The notes under the pieces are model-generated. The model was given only the letters and a program-made list of their open reading frames with translations. It did no database searches and was not told the origin of the DNA. A stretch of DNA of 64,000 bases from an uncultured Collinsella sp. (lineage in GTDB: Bacteria; Actinomycetota; Coriobacteriia; Coriobacteriales; Coriobacteriaceae), in contig CABUZK010000007.1 of NCBI GenBank assembly GCA_902496115.1, forward strand, positions 2,256 to 66,255, in the 5' to 3' direction. How positions within the stretch are numbered: position 1 is the first letter of the stretch; every line of letters starts with the position of its first letter. Below are positions 30,101 through 38,415 of this stretch, in pieces. Position numbers and translations under genes: made by a program.

Positions 30101-31290
30101 TGGGCGGTATCGCCAACCGCGAACACGGAGTTGTTGGTCTTGGGATTGATGAGCGAAACCGCGTAGACGTCCACCGCACCGGCCTGTTTGACCTTGTTGG
30201 AGGTGGTCTTGCTCACCGTATTTACGCCAGCAGTAGCCTCGACTCTGATGTACTTGCCCTCGAGGTCATCGGTCACCGTGAGGGAAGCGCCCGTCTCGCC
30301 CTCGATCTTGGTAAAGCCCGAGTACTGCGAGGTAGATGCGGACCAGGTGTAGGTGACCTTGGCGTCGGAGCCCGCGGGGCTCGACCAATCCTTGTACGGC
30401 GTCGCCATCAGAGTATCGCCTATGCTCGGCGCGTCGCTACTCAGCTTGACGCTGTAAAGCTCCATTTGGCCGGCGCCCAGCACGGGGCCGGGGATGCTGT
30501 TAGGATTAATGCCCGAGCCGTACGAAACAGAGGGGCCGTAGTGGTCCTTGCCGTCTGCCGTCACCTTGCAGATGAAGTATTTGCCCTCCATCGCGTCAGT
30601 GATGGTGAGCGACTGCTCGTGGCCTACGACCTCAGTGTAATCGGCGGCGTCGCTGCTGGCCTTGACCGTGCCGGCGAGCCAGGTATAGGTCCAGGCGCCG
30701 GGGTTAGCGACCGATTTGGTCTCGGTCGTAGGGTCGCCCCAGTAGTCCTCGGTCTCGACCTCATCGTACATATTGGCCCAGAGCGTATCACCCACATTGA
30801 GCGCGCCGGACTTCGTCGAATACGAGTTGTCCTTATCCTTGGCGTCCTGGATATAGACCTTAGCCTCGCTCGAAAGCGTTGTAGCGGACGCAGCGGCAAC
30901 GGCGTTCTTCCGCTCCGAAGCAACGGGCGCCGCCGCAGGGTTCTCGGACTCAGTCGCGTTGTCTGCGGCGGTGTCAGCACCATTCGCGCCGCTCGCAGTT
31001 GCGCCCTGATCTGCGCCGGCGCCATCGGCAGCAGCGCTCGCCGCCGCACCGTTCGCGCCGGTGTCGGCAGCAGTGTCATCGTTGGCCGCCGCGCCCTCGC
31101 CGCCCGTTGCGGCCTGAGCAACGGCATCGGCAATGCCCTCGGCGCCCTCGGCCCAAAGTTGCGCCGGCGTAGTGCCAAAAGCCATGGCAAAAGCCAGGAA
31201 CGCCACCAGACCGCGCTTGGCTACGCCACGGGCAATCGCTCCATGGCGACGCCACGAGGCGCGCTGGCTCTCGTCCTCAAACATATCCAT
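24130..31290 (-). CDS. Giant (2,386-aa) cell-surface protein: signal peptide, ~9 Ig-like repeats, 3 DUF4430-like modules, beta-propeller, Listeria/Bacteroides-type repeat, Gly/Ser-Lys linker, C-terminal TM anchor
   Basis: ATG at 31290 after AGGAGA. Signal-like RGLVAFLAFAMAFGTTPAQLWA. Repeats with the Y.W...G.TG..L.VTDAL.GKY motif lie at ~28700-30900. Three DUF4430-like modules (W.WYLNS.TSP...YW.LF..G...G...Y.L..GD...W.Y) lie at ~25960-27045. PQQ-like beta-propeller blades lie at ~24800-25900. GYTFLGWYT... lies at ~24530-24720. The tail is IVGVAAGVIGLAVIGVFVFTKRR. Confidence 0.85.
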   Translation of the reverse strand: MDMFEDESQRASWRRHGAIARGVAKRGLVAFLAFAMAFGTTPAQLWAEGAEGIADAVAQAATGGEGAAANDDTAADTGANGAAASAAADGAGADQGATASGANGADTAADNATESENPAAAPVASERKNAVAAASATTLSSEAKVYIQDAKDKDNSYSTKSGALNVGDTLWANMYDEVETEDYWGDPTTETKSVANPGAWTYTWLAGTVKASSDAADYTEVVGHEQSLTITDAMEGKYFICKVTADGKDHYGPSVSYGSGINPNSIPGPVLGAGQMELYSVKLSSDAPSIGDTLMATPYKDWSSPAGSDAKVTYTWSASTSQYSGFTKIEGETGASLTVTDDLEGKYIRVEATAGVNTVSKTTSNKVKQAGAVDVYAVSLINPKTNNSVFAVGDTAQARAKEKGASTFIDASKLNYQWQCSGTKSGKYIDIAGATGETLELTDALGGKYLKCKVSSKIGSSSTTNSTGALVAAAGSINVSSVTMSPTSGKVEVGSTITATAKAGSTDVTTDSHVTWQWYKGTAKYASSCNTPIEGETGNTLTVTAALKGYYVVAKANGGYGEEKPYYAAGPVSVAGQVELYDVQFEGSPATNGVHVGDKLKTKVRKKDGSKYSYIDRTDNVTYQWQYANSSSSFDSAYTDIPGATEATYTVDAAYAGKYLRVKVTSENTVFSTQKKSSSGGTQSVAPLGPVTLKGQYKLAGIELADKNVTLSVGSKITPSVQVPGPWSGSTKDVPDDADLTMAWYASENGTDWTELTDGVDTTDGSLTITDALVGKKIKVTASALDNTVEWVSPDSVTAAGEYNLLRVTTAPQINSDSTHLVAGDSVKATAQAKRADGSATNGIDVTGQATVAWYAADDAKAPAADWTLLSDMSGAEATVSASAAGKCLKAVATSGSSTVELVSTNKVIAAGSLEAAVQKLNDANKQIAVDYSAKGGNVNDALKAQLADLGFTDIDVKVSEGGVAFNAEDDKATVGISDAQDKTNGDVTFFFIDPNDYTGYNIDGLRGADVVFELSRDGKTEYYQPNKSVQVAWDEARVQQMLDDAAEQIAIGYAAGDSAESVTSNLTLPYRAGSKNKFEVSWKSSDGDVIWPSGYGWDDYTGKVTRVSSDRAVTLTATVSFVSGGPSDVEGSHDFTVTVKGDPEKVAADKKALQEKVDAAFIYNNIKYSGTDAVANKDGLTDDLQMPRTSTLGVDGKYYKVEYSASTDDVTFNGYKGTVFRPEAGKSAVSTKLTCTVTDKNNAEVTATKTLDFTVAPQDQADLDNELKLMEAAKAGYAEAILDGQDAAGVTANMHAFQKAYLDADGKLAWSYDKASTDAAGSGIVPVELEGYDDMSGQQWRLFKSSDTGVVSAENLLVTQPEYNTKVTITSRLSSEKYARYAKRYPDNATYAKLANQDVSATVTVLGTSGQVAPEVTATCSVIGIDADGNQQTWTAAEPYTLKTGSTAADLSEALFKKHGLTADYGMGTWGWYLNSITSPVDAGRTLGYDSQTGAYWQLFINGTAASVGAGGYVLEAGDSVVWCYSKYGDPAPTDQLSVSCEVVGQAKDGSQQTWAQPTTIQVKEGSTAAELSEQVFKQAGIGADTGTGSYGWYLNSLTSPFDEDVKLSTEKVDASTWNYWQFFVNGKLANVGAGNYTLKAGDKVSWVYGSDGTIPGQTKASLQIIGVDSGGNVQTWAPAADYTMVDTATVADATELAFKQSGISADYGTGTWGWFLNSITSPFDERTLAWDSTTGAYWKLFIDGKPSDLGAGSVQLKDAKSIAWVYTAGDKLPDPDALTTDPNAPKSNFDSAWPAFAGGKVNGSVAEVPTPSGAAESAWDEPADIKGDAKGVSDLLIIDGNICAVKGNRIVLIDSETGKKELASCSIGANIGYFCRPAYKDGYLVVPFEDGSLGIFVLDKKDGQYSIACRYKTPSLGIKDTQALTSVTISGGKAYAGFTVVDGSEGALVCVDLASGKVDWTTDKKKSETNENEGYYWAGAAASGDDIIIGNESGKVALIDGSNGKELSSVSVGTPVRSGIIAVEVGENGDGTYLAVSRDNGTLYKIRRSGDKLTLEGKPVAFAAISTSTPAVSNGLAYVCGMDIEGYGTLSVIDLSTMSVKKSIRADKGESKSTPLVSVQGNDTYVYFTCNALPGGVYAYKLGDDAAQMIFTPDAKYREYCTASIICDEKGNLYYANDSGRLFKLAGAESWRVAFDVQGGSYVAPRYVAKNKMVSEPAAPTRDGYTFLGWYTAEGEKWDFAKDVVTADMTLYAKWTKNAVNPGGNGGSGSNSGSGNVGAGSGSGNGTNGQQAGGAVAPGQKPVSSTTTKSKDGKDSKKKDKKSDKKSSKSSSKSDTGSSAAATAKKPAAAPAQESGFNPLAIVGVAAGVIGLAVIGVFVFTKRR

Positions 31291-31429
31291 TTGTCTCCTA
31301 CTGTCTGCACTTGGAGCATTGCCCAGCGGCTGCCCCACGTCATCGCGCACATTGCGCTCGAGTACCCCCATCGGGGTCCCCCTTCCCTCCAGAGCCCAAC
31401 GCGTACCGGCGGCATGCGCCGCGGCCGCG

Positions 31430-31607
31430 TACAAGATGGGAGGCGATCCGACTTAACCTTACCGACCCGGGCGCGCCGTCCGATCTGCGACGCGACCATC
31501 CCGGGCCAAGAGGAATTACGGTTACTGGTACAGCCGGGGACTTGCACCCCGATTCTCCCAAACGCGCAGGAAAACCACGCATTCGTGCGTCTCCGCACCA
31601 CCATCTA
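31430..31607 (-). promoter_or_regulatory. Cobalamin (B12) riboswitch in the leader of the giant surface-protein operon
   Basis: Minus strand: GGGAGAATCGGGGTGCAAGTCCCCGGCTGTACCAGTAACCGTAA (31559-31516) fits the conserved cobalamin-riboswitch core. AAGTCGGATCGCCTCCC (31454-31438) sits at the B12-box position. A TTGACA-16 nt-TAGATG promoter lies at 31629-31602. Confidence 0.75.
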
Positions 31608-31721
31608 GGCCATCGATTATTACTGTCAATATGGTAGCACGCAAAAGGGCCCCGCACACAGGCGAAGCCCAAGGTAAAAGCTATGGTTTGCGATAGGAGA
31701 ATGCGGTGACGGTCACGGCCT

Positions 31722-33485
31722 CTAACGCTTGCCGCCGTGGCTGTTGCGCCAAATCTCGCGGCCCAGCATCAGCGCCAGCACCAGCGCACTCACGTAGCCC
31801 ATAAAGCCAATGACCGGGATACCGAACACAACCGGCTCGATGCGCGCGTAGTACACCACCGACGAACCGATAAACAGGCCGGCGATCACAATTGCCATCG
31901 ACATGCGGTCGATAATTCCACCCAGCTGCCGCAGCGCCTTATCGCTGCTCATGATCTGCGTGTTCACCTTAAGCTGGCCGCGCGTGAGCATGCGCGACGC
32001 CAAGCCCAGATACTCGGCCGCCTCGAGCGAGCCTTTTGCCGCGCGATAGCTGCTCGCGGCAAGATCGCGCCCCATTTCGCGGACGCGCGCATAGGTGCTC
32101 TTCTCGTTTTTGATATGCGTCTGGATAATCTGAATCATGTTGACGTTGGGCATGTACTCGGTCAGCAGGCCCTCAAGCGTCACCATGCCGCGGGCGAACA
32201 TCGTCACCACGCTCGGCAGCTCAACGTCGTTTTTGCGCGCCAAATTTAGCAGCGAGGTCAAAAACTCGCCGATATCAAGATCCTTAAGGTCAAGACCCGC
32301 AAAGTCGGCGACGATAAAGTCCAGGTCGGACAAAAACGCCGAATGGTCGAGCTCGGCCGAATCGCCGCGCGTCACGGCAAAGCGCATGAGCGAATCCTTG
32401 AGCTTGGGCACGTCGCCCTCGGCCACGGCGAAAATCATGTCCTTGACGATACCGCGGTCATGGCTCGACATACGCCCGACCATGCCCAGGTCAATAAAGT
32501 AGACGATGCCGTCCTTGAGGATGATGTTTCCCGCATGCGGGTCGGCATGGAAAAAGCCGTCATCGAGCACCTGCGTCGAGTAGTCCTCGACAATCGCCGA
32601 GCCGATCTTTTCCAGGTCATAGCCCTCGGCCACCAGGCGCTCGGGATCGGCAATCGAGATGCCGTCGATGTAGTCCATAACCACGACGTGTTCGGTGCAA
32701 AGGTCCAAGTAGGATTTGGGACACGACACGCCATGCACGCTTTTGTGGAACTCATAGAAATCGTTGAGGTTTTTGGCCTCGGCCAAAAAGTTGGTCTCCT
32801 CGCGAAACGAGGTCCACAGCTCCTCGACCACGCCGTGCAGGTCAACAAACTGATCGGTGTTGACGAACTTGGAAACGATGCGCACCACCGAACGGATGAT
32901 GTCGATATCCTGCGCCATGACCTGTTGCGCGCCGGGGCGCTGTACCTTAACGGCCACGTCCTCGCCGGTCACCAGACGGGCGCGGTGCACCTGCGCAAGC
33001 GACGCGCTACCGAGCGGGTTGGGGTCGATCGCGTCGAACATCTGCCCCAGGCGCTGGCCGTATTCCTCTTCCAGACAGCGGAGCACTACCTCATACGGCA
33101 CCGGCTCTACGTCGGAGCGCAAGCGGCGCAGCTCGTCGCAAAACCGTTGCGGCAAAATCTCGGAGCGGTTAGCCAGGATCTGCCCCATCTTGACGAACAT
33201 GGGGCCAAGCTCTTCGAGCAGGCGGCGCAGGCGTACCGGCGTAAGGTTATCCCATACGCGGTACTTCTTGATCAGGCGAACGATCTGCCCAATGCGTTCG
33301 CGGCGGCCTGCCGGCGTGAGCTGGTATTCCTCGTCCGGCGCCATCGCGTCGGGCTCCTCAGGAACCATATCGACAGCACGCGGCTTCTTGCGAGCGCCCG
33401 AGACGGCGGCATCGACCTCATCGACAACCGCCGCCTCGTCACCCAAGGGATCTAGATTGTTGTAGTCGGTGGTGGAATCTGCCAT
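31722..33485 (-). CDS. ABC1/UbiB-family atypical kinase with C-terminal TM segments
   Basis: 587 aa with LGPMFVKMGQILANRSEILP, the ABC1 signature, and HADPHAGNI. Confidence 0.88.
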   Translation of the reverse strand: MADSTTDYNNLDPLGDEAAVVDEVDAAVSGARKKPRAVDMVPEEPDAMAPDEEYQLTPAGRRERIGQIVRLIKKYRVWDNLTPVRLRRLLEELGPMFVKMGQILANRSEILPQRFCDELRRLRSDVEPVPYEVVLRCLEEEYGQRLGQMFDAIDPNPLGSASLAQVHRARLVTGEDVAVKVQRPGAQQVMAQDIDIIRSVVRIVSKFVNTDQFVDLHGVVEELWTSFREETNFLAEAKNLNDFYEFHKSVHGVSCPKSYLDLCTEHVVVMDYIDGISIADPERLVAEGYDLEKIGSAIVEDYSTQVLDDGFFHADPHAGNIILKDGIVYFIDLGMVGRMSSHDRGIVKDMIFAVAEGDVPKLKDSLMRFAVTRGDSAELDHSAFLSDLDFIVADFAGLDLKDLDIGEFLTSLLNLARKNDVELPSVVTMFARGMVTLEGLLTEYMPNVNMIQIIQTHIKNEKSTYARVREMGRDLAASSYRAAKGSLEAAEYLGLASRMLTRGQLKVNTQIMSSDKALRQLGGIIDRMSMAIVIAGLFIGSSVVYYARIEPVVFGIPVIGFMGYVSALVLALMLGREIWRNSHGGKR

Positions 33486-33493
33486 CTGCGCTG

Positions 33494-33910
33494 CTACTCG
33501 GCCTCTTCGGTGTCCTCTGCATCGTCGGGCTCAACGGACTCGACGGGCACCGAGGTCACGTTGTCCTCGACCGAATCGACGATGTCGCGCACATGGGCCA
33601 AAAAGGCCGTGCGCTCGGGGGCGGTCATAACGCGGACGCGGGCCAGGATGAGCTCGTCGAGCACGCGCTGCGCCGCAGTCTCACCCTGCATGCCCAGGCG
33701 CTCGGTCAGGTCGGAGATGGTGCCGCCGGCCTGCTCGAACATGTCGGACACGCTGCGGGCTATATCGGGGGTGCCGGCGTCCTTGCGAACCTGCTCGCCT
33801 TTGGTATTGAGGTCGTCGAGGACCTTCTTGCCGCCCTCGACGGCAACGGCGGCGGCGCCGAAGCCCACGTTGATGGCACCGTTAACAAGCTGATCGAATT
33901 TCATAACCAT
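33494..33910 (-). CDS. Small helical protein (phasin-like), co-oriented with the ABC1 kinase
   Basis: ATG at 33910 after GGAG. 138 aa with an acidic C-terminus. The family assignment is tentative. Confidence 0.55.
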   Translation of the reverse strand: MVMKFDQLVNGAINVGFGAAAVAVEGGKKVLDDLNTKGEQVRKDAGTPDIARSVSDMFEQAGGTISDLTERLGMQGETAAQRVLDELILARVRVMTAPERTAFLAHVRDIVDSVEDNVTSVPVESVEPDDAEDTEEAE

Positions 33911-34058
33911 GGTTGGCTCCAATCGTGAACAACTGCATTGGCCTTCTTGTACCCAAGATTGGGTGAACGACACAAAATCGTTTTATCGCTGGGATAGAAA
34001 TCGAGTGGGGCAAAGCCTTTGACGGCGTTTGCCCCACTCGCTCGCTGCAAGGCCGTCT

Positions 34059-35588
34059 TTACCTTACGTTATCGTTCATCGCGAAGGAATTCTTCATGGC
34101 ACAGCTCGTGGTGTAGAGCACCTTGCCCAACAGGGCGTCGGTCTCCACGCGCACGAGCTCGGCAAAGGCCTCGTTGGCGCGGGCGAGCTCGGCAGGCACC
34201 TCGGCCTCGGGCAGTGCGGCTACGACAGCGTCAACGTCGTGAATCTGCTTGTGGCCCATGCCGCCGACCTTCTCCTGATAATCCTCGACCGCGCGACCGC
34301 ACTCATGGAAGCGAACATCGGCCAAGGCACCGATCAGGCGATTTGCCCAATAGAAATTCTCGGACGTCACGCGAGCCTGTGTGTCGGCATAGTACTTGGG
34401 CATGGTCTCGACATTGGCGTACAGCGGTACGAGCGCGTTAAACGAGTTGGAGCCAAACGCCATCCACTGCACGGCGCGATACGCCGGCTGCGCATAGGGG
34501 CGCAGCTGCAGCACGGCAAGCTGGCTGTTGCGGTTGATGCCGATGGGACGATAGGCGCCGCGCGTGGCGGGCGTGCCCTTGCTGCCGTAGCAGTCGTACT
34601 CCGTGCCCTGGTAGTGGCTCGAAAGCACGTACTTGATGTCCTCGATGGTCACCTTGCGTTCGGGCACGCGGCTCCAGGGGATGTCATCGCTTTCGGGCGT
34701 GTAGTCGGCGTCGGGACCGTCCCACACATCGCTGGGGTTGAGGCAGCGCTGCATGTACCAGGCGCGCGGCGTGTTGTAGACGTGGTCGCTGTCGCTGTGC
34801 GAGCCAAAGGCCTCGCGCGGGTTAAAGACCGCGGCGGGACCGTCGCCCTCGACGCCCAGCGTCAGGTCCAGATGCCACTCGGCCATCCAGGAGCGCAGGT
34901 CGGCGGAGCACATGTGGTCGACCTGAGCGCCCTCGGCGTCATCCAGGTCAAAGCTATCGATACCCAGCTGGTTAGGCATGGTCACATAGGCGTCATCGGG
35001 CACGCGCTTGGCGATCCAGTGGTGGCCGCCGATGGTCTCGAGCCACCAGATCTCGTCCACGTCACTAAAGGCGATGCCGTTGTTCTCGTAGGTGCCGTAG
35101 CGCTCGAGCAGGTCGCCCAGGATGCGCACGCCGTCGCGGGCGGACTTGGCGTACGGCAGCACCAGGGTCACCATATCCTCCTCGCCCAAACCACCGGGCT
35201 GCGCCGGAACATAGCCGTCCTCGCCTTCGTTACCCTTGGCGGGCACATAGTCCACGAGCGGATCGGCGCCGCGGACGCGCTCGTTGGTGGTGAGCGTCTC
35301 GGTTGCGGACATGCCAACATTGAGCTCATTGAAGCCGGCCTCGGCCCAAATGCCGTGACCCGGAACAACGTCGGGGACGCTCGTGTAACGCATGGGGTTG
35401 TCGGGCAGCTCAACGGTCAGGTGGCTCAGGACGCTCGTGTAGACACGCGGCTGCTCGTCGGGGTGCACCACGCGCATGCGCTTGGGCTCAAACACCCCGT
35501 TGGACGAGTCCTCATTGCGGGCAACCAGCGTCGAGCCGTCGTAGCTCGCGTTCTTACCAACCAAAATCGTTGTGCACGGCATGCGCAT
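34059..35588 (-). CDS. C69-family dipeptidase
   Basis: MRMPCTTILVGKNASYDGSTLVARNEDS, with an N-terminal nucleophile Cys typical of C69/U34 peptidases. Confidence 0.9.
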   Translation of the reverse strand: MRMPCTTILVGKNASYDGSTLVARNEDSSNGVFEPKRMRVVHPDEQPRVYTSVLSHLTVELPDNPMRYTSVPDVVPGHGIWAEAGFNELNVGMSATETLTTNERVRGADPLVDYVPAKGNEGEDGYVPAQPGGLGEEDMVTLVLPYAKSARDGVRILGDLLERYGTYENNGIAFSDVDEIWWLETIGGHHWIAKRVPDDAYVTMPNQLGIDSFDLDDAEGAQVDHMCSADLRSWMAEWHLDLTLGVEGDGPAAVFNPREAFGSHSDSDHVYNTPRAWYMQRCLNPSDVWDGPDADYTPESDDIPWSRVPERKVTIEDIKYVLSSHYQGTEYDCYGSKGTPATRGAYRPIGINRNSQLAVLQLRPYAQPAYRAVQWMAFGSNSFNALVPLYANVETMPKYYADTQARVTSENFYWANRLIGALADVRFHECGRAVEDYQEKVGGMGHKQIHDVDAVVAALPEAEVPAELARANEAFAELVRVETDALLGKVLYTTSCAMKNSFAMNDNVR

Positions 35589-35678
35589 CCTCCTTGAGCG
35601 AAGAAATCAAACGGTAACAGTGTATCGCTTCGGCGCAAAAAGGGCGAAACCACGGCACCTCGGAACCCCCTCGGAACC

Positions 35679-35915
35679 CCTGTGGTCAAAAAATGCCAAA
35701 TATGAGTACTGTCACCAATTTAGTAGCAGCAAATTTCCTTGTAATGAGTGCTGAAGATCACTATTTGTCCAAAAGCGAGACAGCGTTATTCCCCATAGGT
35801 TCAATAAAATGGGTTTCCTAACGAGAATGAATATCGTTAGGAAACCCAAAAGACGTAAAACATATGTGACTATCATGGCAACAGTACTCATATTTGGCGC
35901 TTTTTGACCACGTGG
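35679..35915. mobile_element. MITE-like element, copy 2
   Basis: GGTCAAAAAATGCCAAATATGAGTACTGT (35684-35712) versus the reverse complement of 35881-35909 shows 2 mismatches in 29. The TIR and first ~35 internal nt are homologous to copy 1, and the rest differs. It contains an internal 14-bp hairpin GGGTTTCCTAACGA/TCGTTAGGAAACCC. Confidence 0.7.
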
Positions 35916-35948
35916 TATATGGCTAACCCCTCAAACAGCCCAAAACGC

Positions 35949-36803
35949 CTATTTCGATGCGCGCTCCGCCGCCTCAATCACGTGTTTGGCGAGAATTGCG
36001 GTGGTCACAGCCCCCACGCCGCCCGGCACGGGTGTGATGGCGCCAACGATCGGTTCCGCAGCATCAAAATCCACGTCGCCGACCAGTTTTCCGGCAGCCT
36101 CGTCCCAATTAATGCCAACATCGATGATCGTCTGGCCCTCGCGAACCGCATCCGCGCCAATCGTGCGCGCGCGTCCAACCGCGGCAACAACAATGTCGGC
36201 AGAACAGCACTCGGCAGCTAGGTCACGCGTATGCGTATGGCACGTCGTCACCGTGGCATTGCGAGCCGTAAGCATGGCGGCAACGGGACGGCCAATTACC
36301 AGCGAGCGACCAACAACGGCAACTTTGGCGCCGTCCAGTTCAACGCCGTAATGGTCCAGCAACGCCAACACGGCTTCTGCCGTGCAGGGAGCAAAGCCCT
36401 CGCCTCGCCCCGAAAGCGTGGTGAGCAGCGAGGCCGGCGTCATGGAGTCGACGTCCTTGGCGGGATCGAGTGCCGCGGCAACTGTATCCTCATCAAGCCC
36501 AGCGGGCAACGGACGAAACATCAGACAGCCATGGACAGCCGAATCGGTATTGATGTCCTCGATGGCCGTCAACAGCTCGTCCTGCGAAACATCGGCGGGA
36601 AGCAAAATGCGACGAACCTCAATCCCCACTTTTTCACAGCGCTTGAGCGCACCGCGCTCGTAGGATAGGTCGTCCTCGCGCTCGCCCACGCGAACGATGG
36701 CGAGCGTCGGCACAACGCCGCGCTCGCGCAAAGCCACGCAGCGGGCAGCGAGCTCCTCGGTCAAAGCACGGGCAACGGGAGCACCCTTCAGCAGCTCTGC
36801 CAT
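35949..36803 (-). CDS. folD: Bifunctional methylenetetrahydrofolate dehydrogenase / methenyl-THF cyclohydrolase
   Basis: 284 aa with FolD-type motifs (VGRSLVIGRPVAAML, TPVPGGVGAVT). Confidence 0.92.
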   Translation of the reverse strand: MAELLKGAPVARALTEELAARCVALRERGVVPTLAIVRVGEREDDLSYERGALKRCEKVGIEVRRILLPADVSQDELLTAIEDINTDSAVHGCLMFRPLPAGLDEDTVAAALDPAKDVDSMTPASLLTTLSGRGEGFAPCTAEAVLALLDHYGVELDGAKVAVVGRSLVIGRPVAAMLTARNATVTTCHTHTRDLAAECCSADIVVAAVGRARTIGADAVREGQTIIDVGINWDEAAGKLVGDVDFDAAEPIVGAITPVPGGVGAVTTAILAKHVIEAAERASK

Positions 36804-36805
36804 GG

Positions 36806-37444
36806 CTATCCCCTCTTCCTTGCGGCGTCAGCGGCGCGGCGTGCCAGCGCATCGGCGCGCGGCAACCATGTGTCGAGCAGCTCATCACACGCCGTCTCGA
36901 GCTCCTCGGCACGAACGCGATCTTTCATAGACGTGGTGTTCGCAAAGAGCGTCAAGCTCGCGCCCTGCATGGCGGCGCGGCAGAACACGGCACCGCACGC
37001 CACGTCGGACAGCAACTGGCGCGAACCCTTGTCGGCCATGTCCTCGAGCAGCGCCAGCGCGCGCCCGCAGGCATCCATGATCCGATACGGTGGCATGGCC
37101 GCCACATGCAACGCGTCCTGGATCGCCGCAGGTCGAGCCGGGTCCTCGCGCGGAATACCATACGCCGCGGACACCTGTCCGTAGGCACGAACGTCCTCGG
37201 CGACCAGGCCCACAAGTTCCTGTGCCAACTCGTCTGCCTGAGCAAATGCGCGTGTCAGATCGTCTGCGCGATCGGCAAGCGCGGGATTGGTCGCCCCGTA
37301 GCGCGCGACCATCCCGCAAAGCGAGGCTCCCAGCGCGCCCACAAAGGCGCTCGCGCTACCGCCGCCGGGAACCGGCTCACGCGCGGCAAGCGCCTGGGCA
37401 AACTCGCGACAGGTTTTATCCATCATCTCTTGGCTCATACGCAC
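36806..37444 (-). CDS. Cyclodeaminase/cyclohydrolase-family protein (FTCD C-terminal-like)
   Basis: 212 aa with EPVPGGGSASAFVGALGASL typical of the family. Its stop lies 2 nt from the folD start. Confidence 0.8.
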   Translation of the reverse strand: MRMSQEMMDKTCREFAQALAAREPVPGGGSASAFVGALGASLCGMVARYGATNPALADRADDLTRAFAQADELAQELVGLVAEDVRAYGQVSAAYGIPREDPARPAAIQDALHVAAMPPYRIMDACGRALALLEDMADKGSRQLLSDVACGAVFCRAAMQGASLTLFANTTSMKDRVRAEELETACDELLDTWLPRADALARRAADAARKRG

Positions 37445-37815
37445 GCACCTTCAAGTCATTTAGATCGGTCGGGCGGCAACCGCCGGCCAACCGCATCGAT
37501 CAAGTAATGGTGCTAAGTCTAGCCCATAAGCACATGAGCGTCAGCGCATCCGGCCATCGCGGATTTCTATGACACACGATAGGCGTCGGCACCGCAAACA
37601 TGGGACACATGGCCCACCTTTCGAGACTCCCGAGCAGCACAAGCTGGGGCATATCTATAAGTAAGGAACCCGTTGGGGAACGGCCGCGCAACGGCCACAA
37701 GCGATGAACGGAGGCATAAGTCGCACAGTACACAGAGACATCCGCCGCCAGCGCAATCAGTACCCCAACAGCATGCGGCGCCGTGATGTCATCAGCAGAC
37801 AAGGAGGACGCCACC

Positions 37816-38415
37816 ATGATGAAAAAGACCCTATCAATCCTTTCCCTTTGCATCGCCCTCTTTGCCGCGCTCGCCCTTGTGGGCTGCGGCGGGAGCGCAT
37901 CGGGCGGCGGCAGCGCCCCCAAGAGCGAGAGCAAGGAAAAGGCCCCCGTCGCCAAGAAGACAGACTACATCTGGTTTAAGGTCGAGATGCCCGAGGGCGT
38001 CGGCGTAAGCGACTCTGCCGGCAAGAATGCCGACAGGGTCCAGCTCACCTTCCCCGAAGACGAGAACGCCTCGGCCGATCGCTTTATCCCCGTTTGGAAA
38101 AAAGCGCTGACGGCCGAGGAATCCCACGCCGACCAGGCGGAAAAGAAGGGGGATACGTTCCAGTGGAAGGATGGCGGGTCCGTCGAGTATAACGGCAGGA
38201 CGTGGCTCGTCGGAACATACGAGGACAACAGCGGCATCTCAACCATGCTTTTTACCGATGTTGAGCCGGGAAGCGTCTACGTCCTCATCTCGAACTTCGA
38301 CCAGCACAAGAAAGAAGCCGAGGCACTCCTCAACTCCATCGAGTTCCCCGATGACATGGAAGAGGCAGTTTCCGGGGCACGCGAAGTCGAGATTTCGAGC
38401 ATCGAGATCAAGTAA
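37816..38415 (+). CDS. Lipoprotein (paralog 1)
   Basis: ATG after AAGGAGG. Signal plus lipobox MMKKTLSILSLCIALFAALALVGC. Confidence 0.8.
   Translation: MMKKTLSILSLCIALFAALALVGCGGSASGGGSAPKSESKEKAPVAKKTDYIWFKVEMPEGVGVSDSAGKNADRVQLTFPEDENASADRFIPVWKKALTAEESHADQAEKKGDTFQWKDGGSVEYNGRTWLVGTYEDNSGISTMLFTDVEPGSVYVLISNFDQHKKEAEALLNSIEFPDDMEEAVSGAREVEISSIEIK

Noticed and set aside
35572-35754. 60-aa ORF running from the dipeptidase start region into MITE copy 2, and 1149..1424 across hairpin A and MITE copy 1.
   Set aside because: They cross repeat-element boundaries and have no RBS and no family resemblance.
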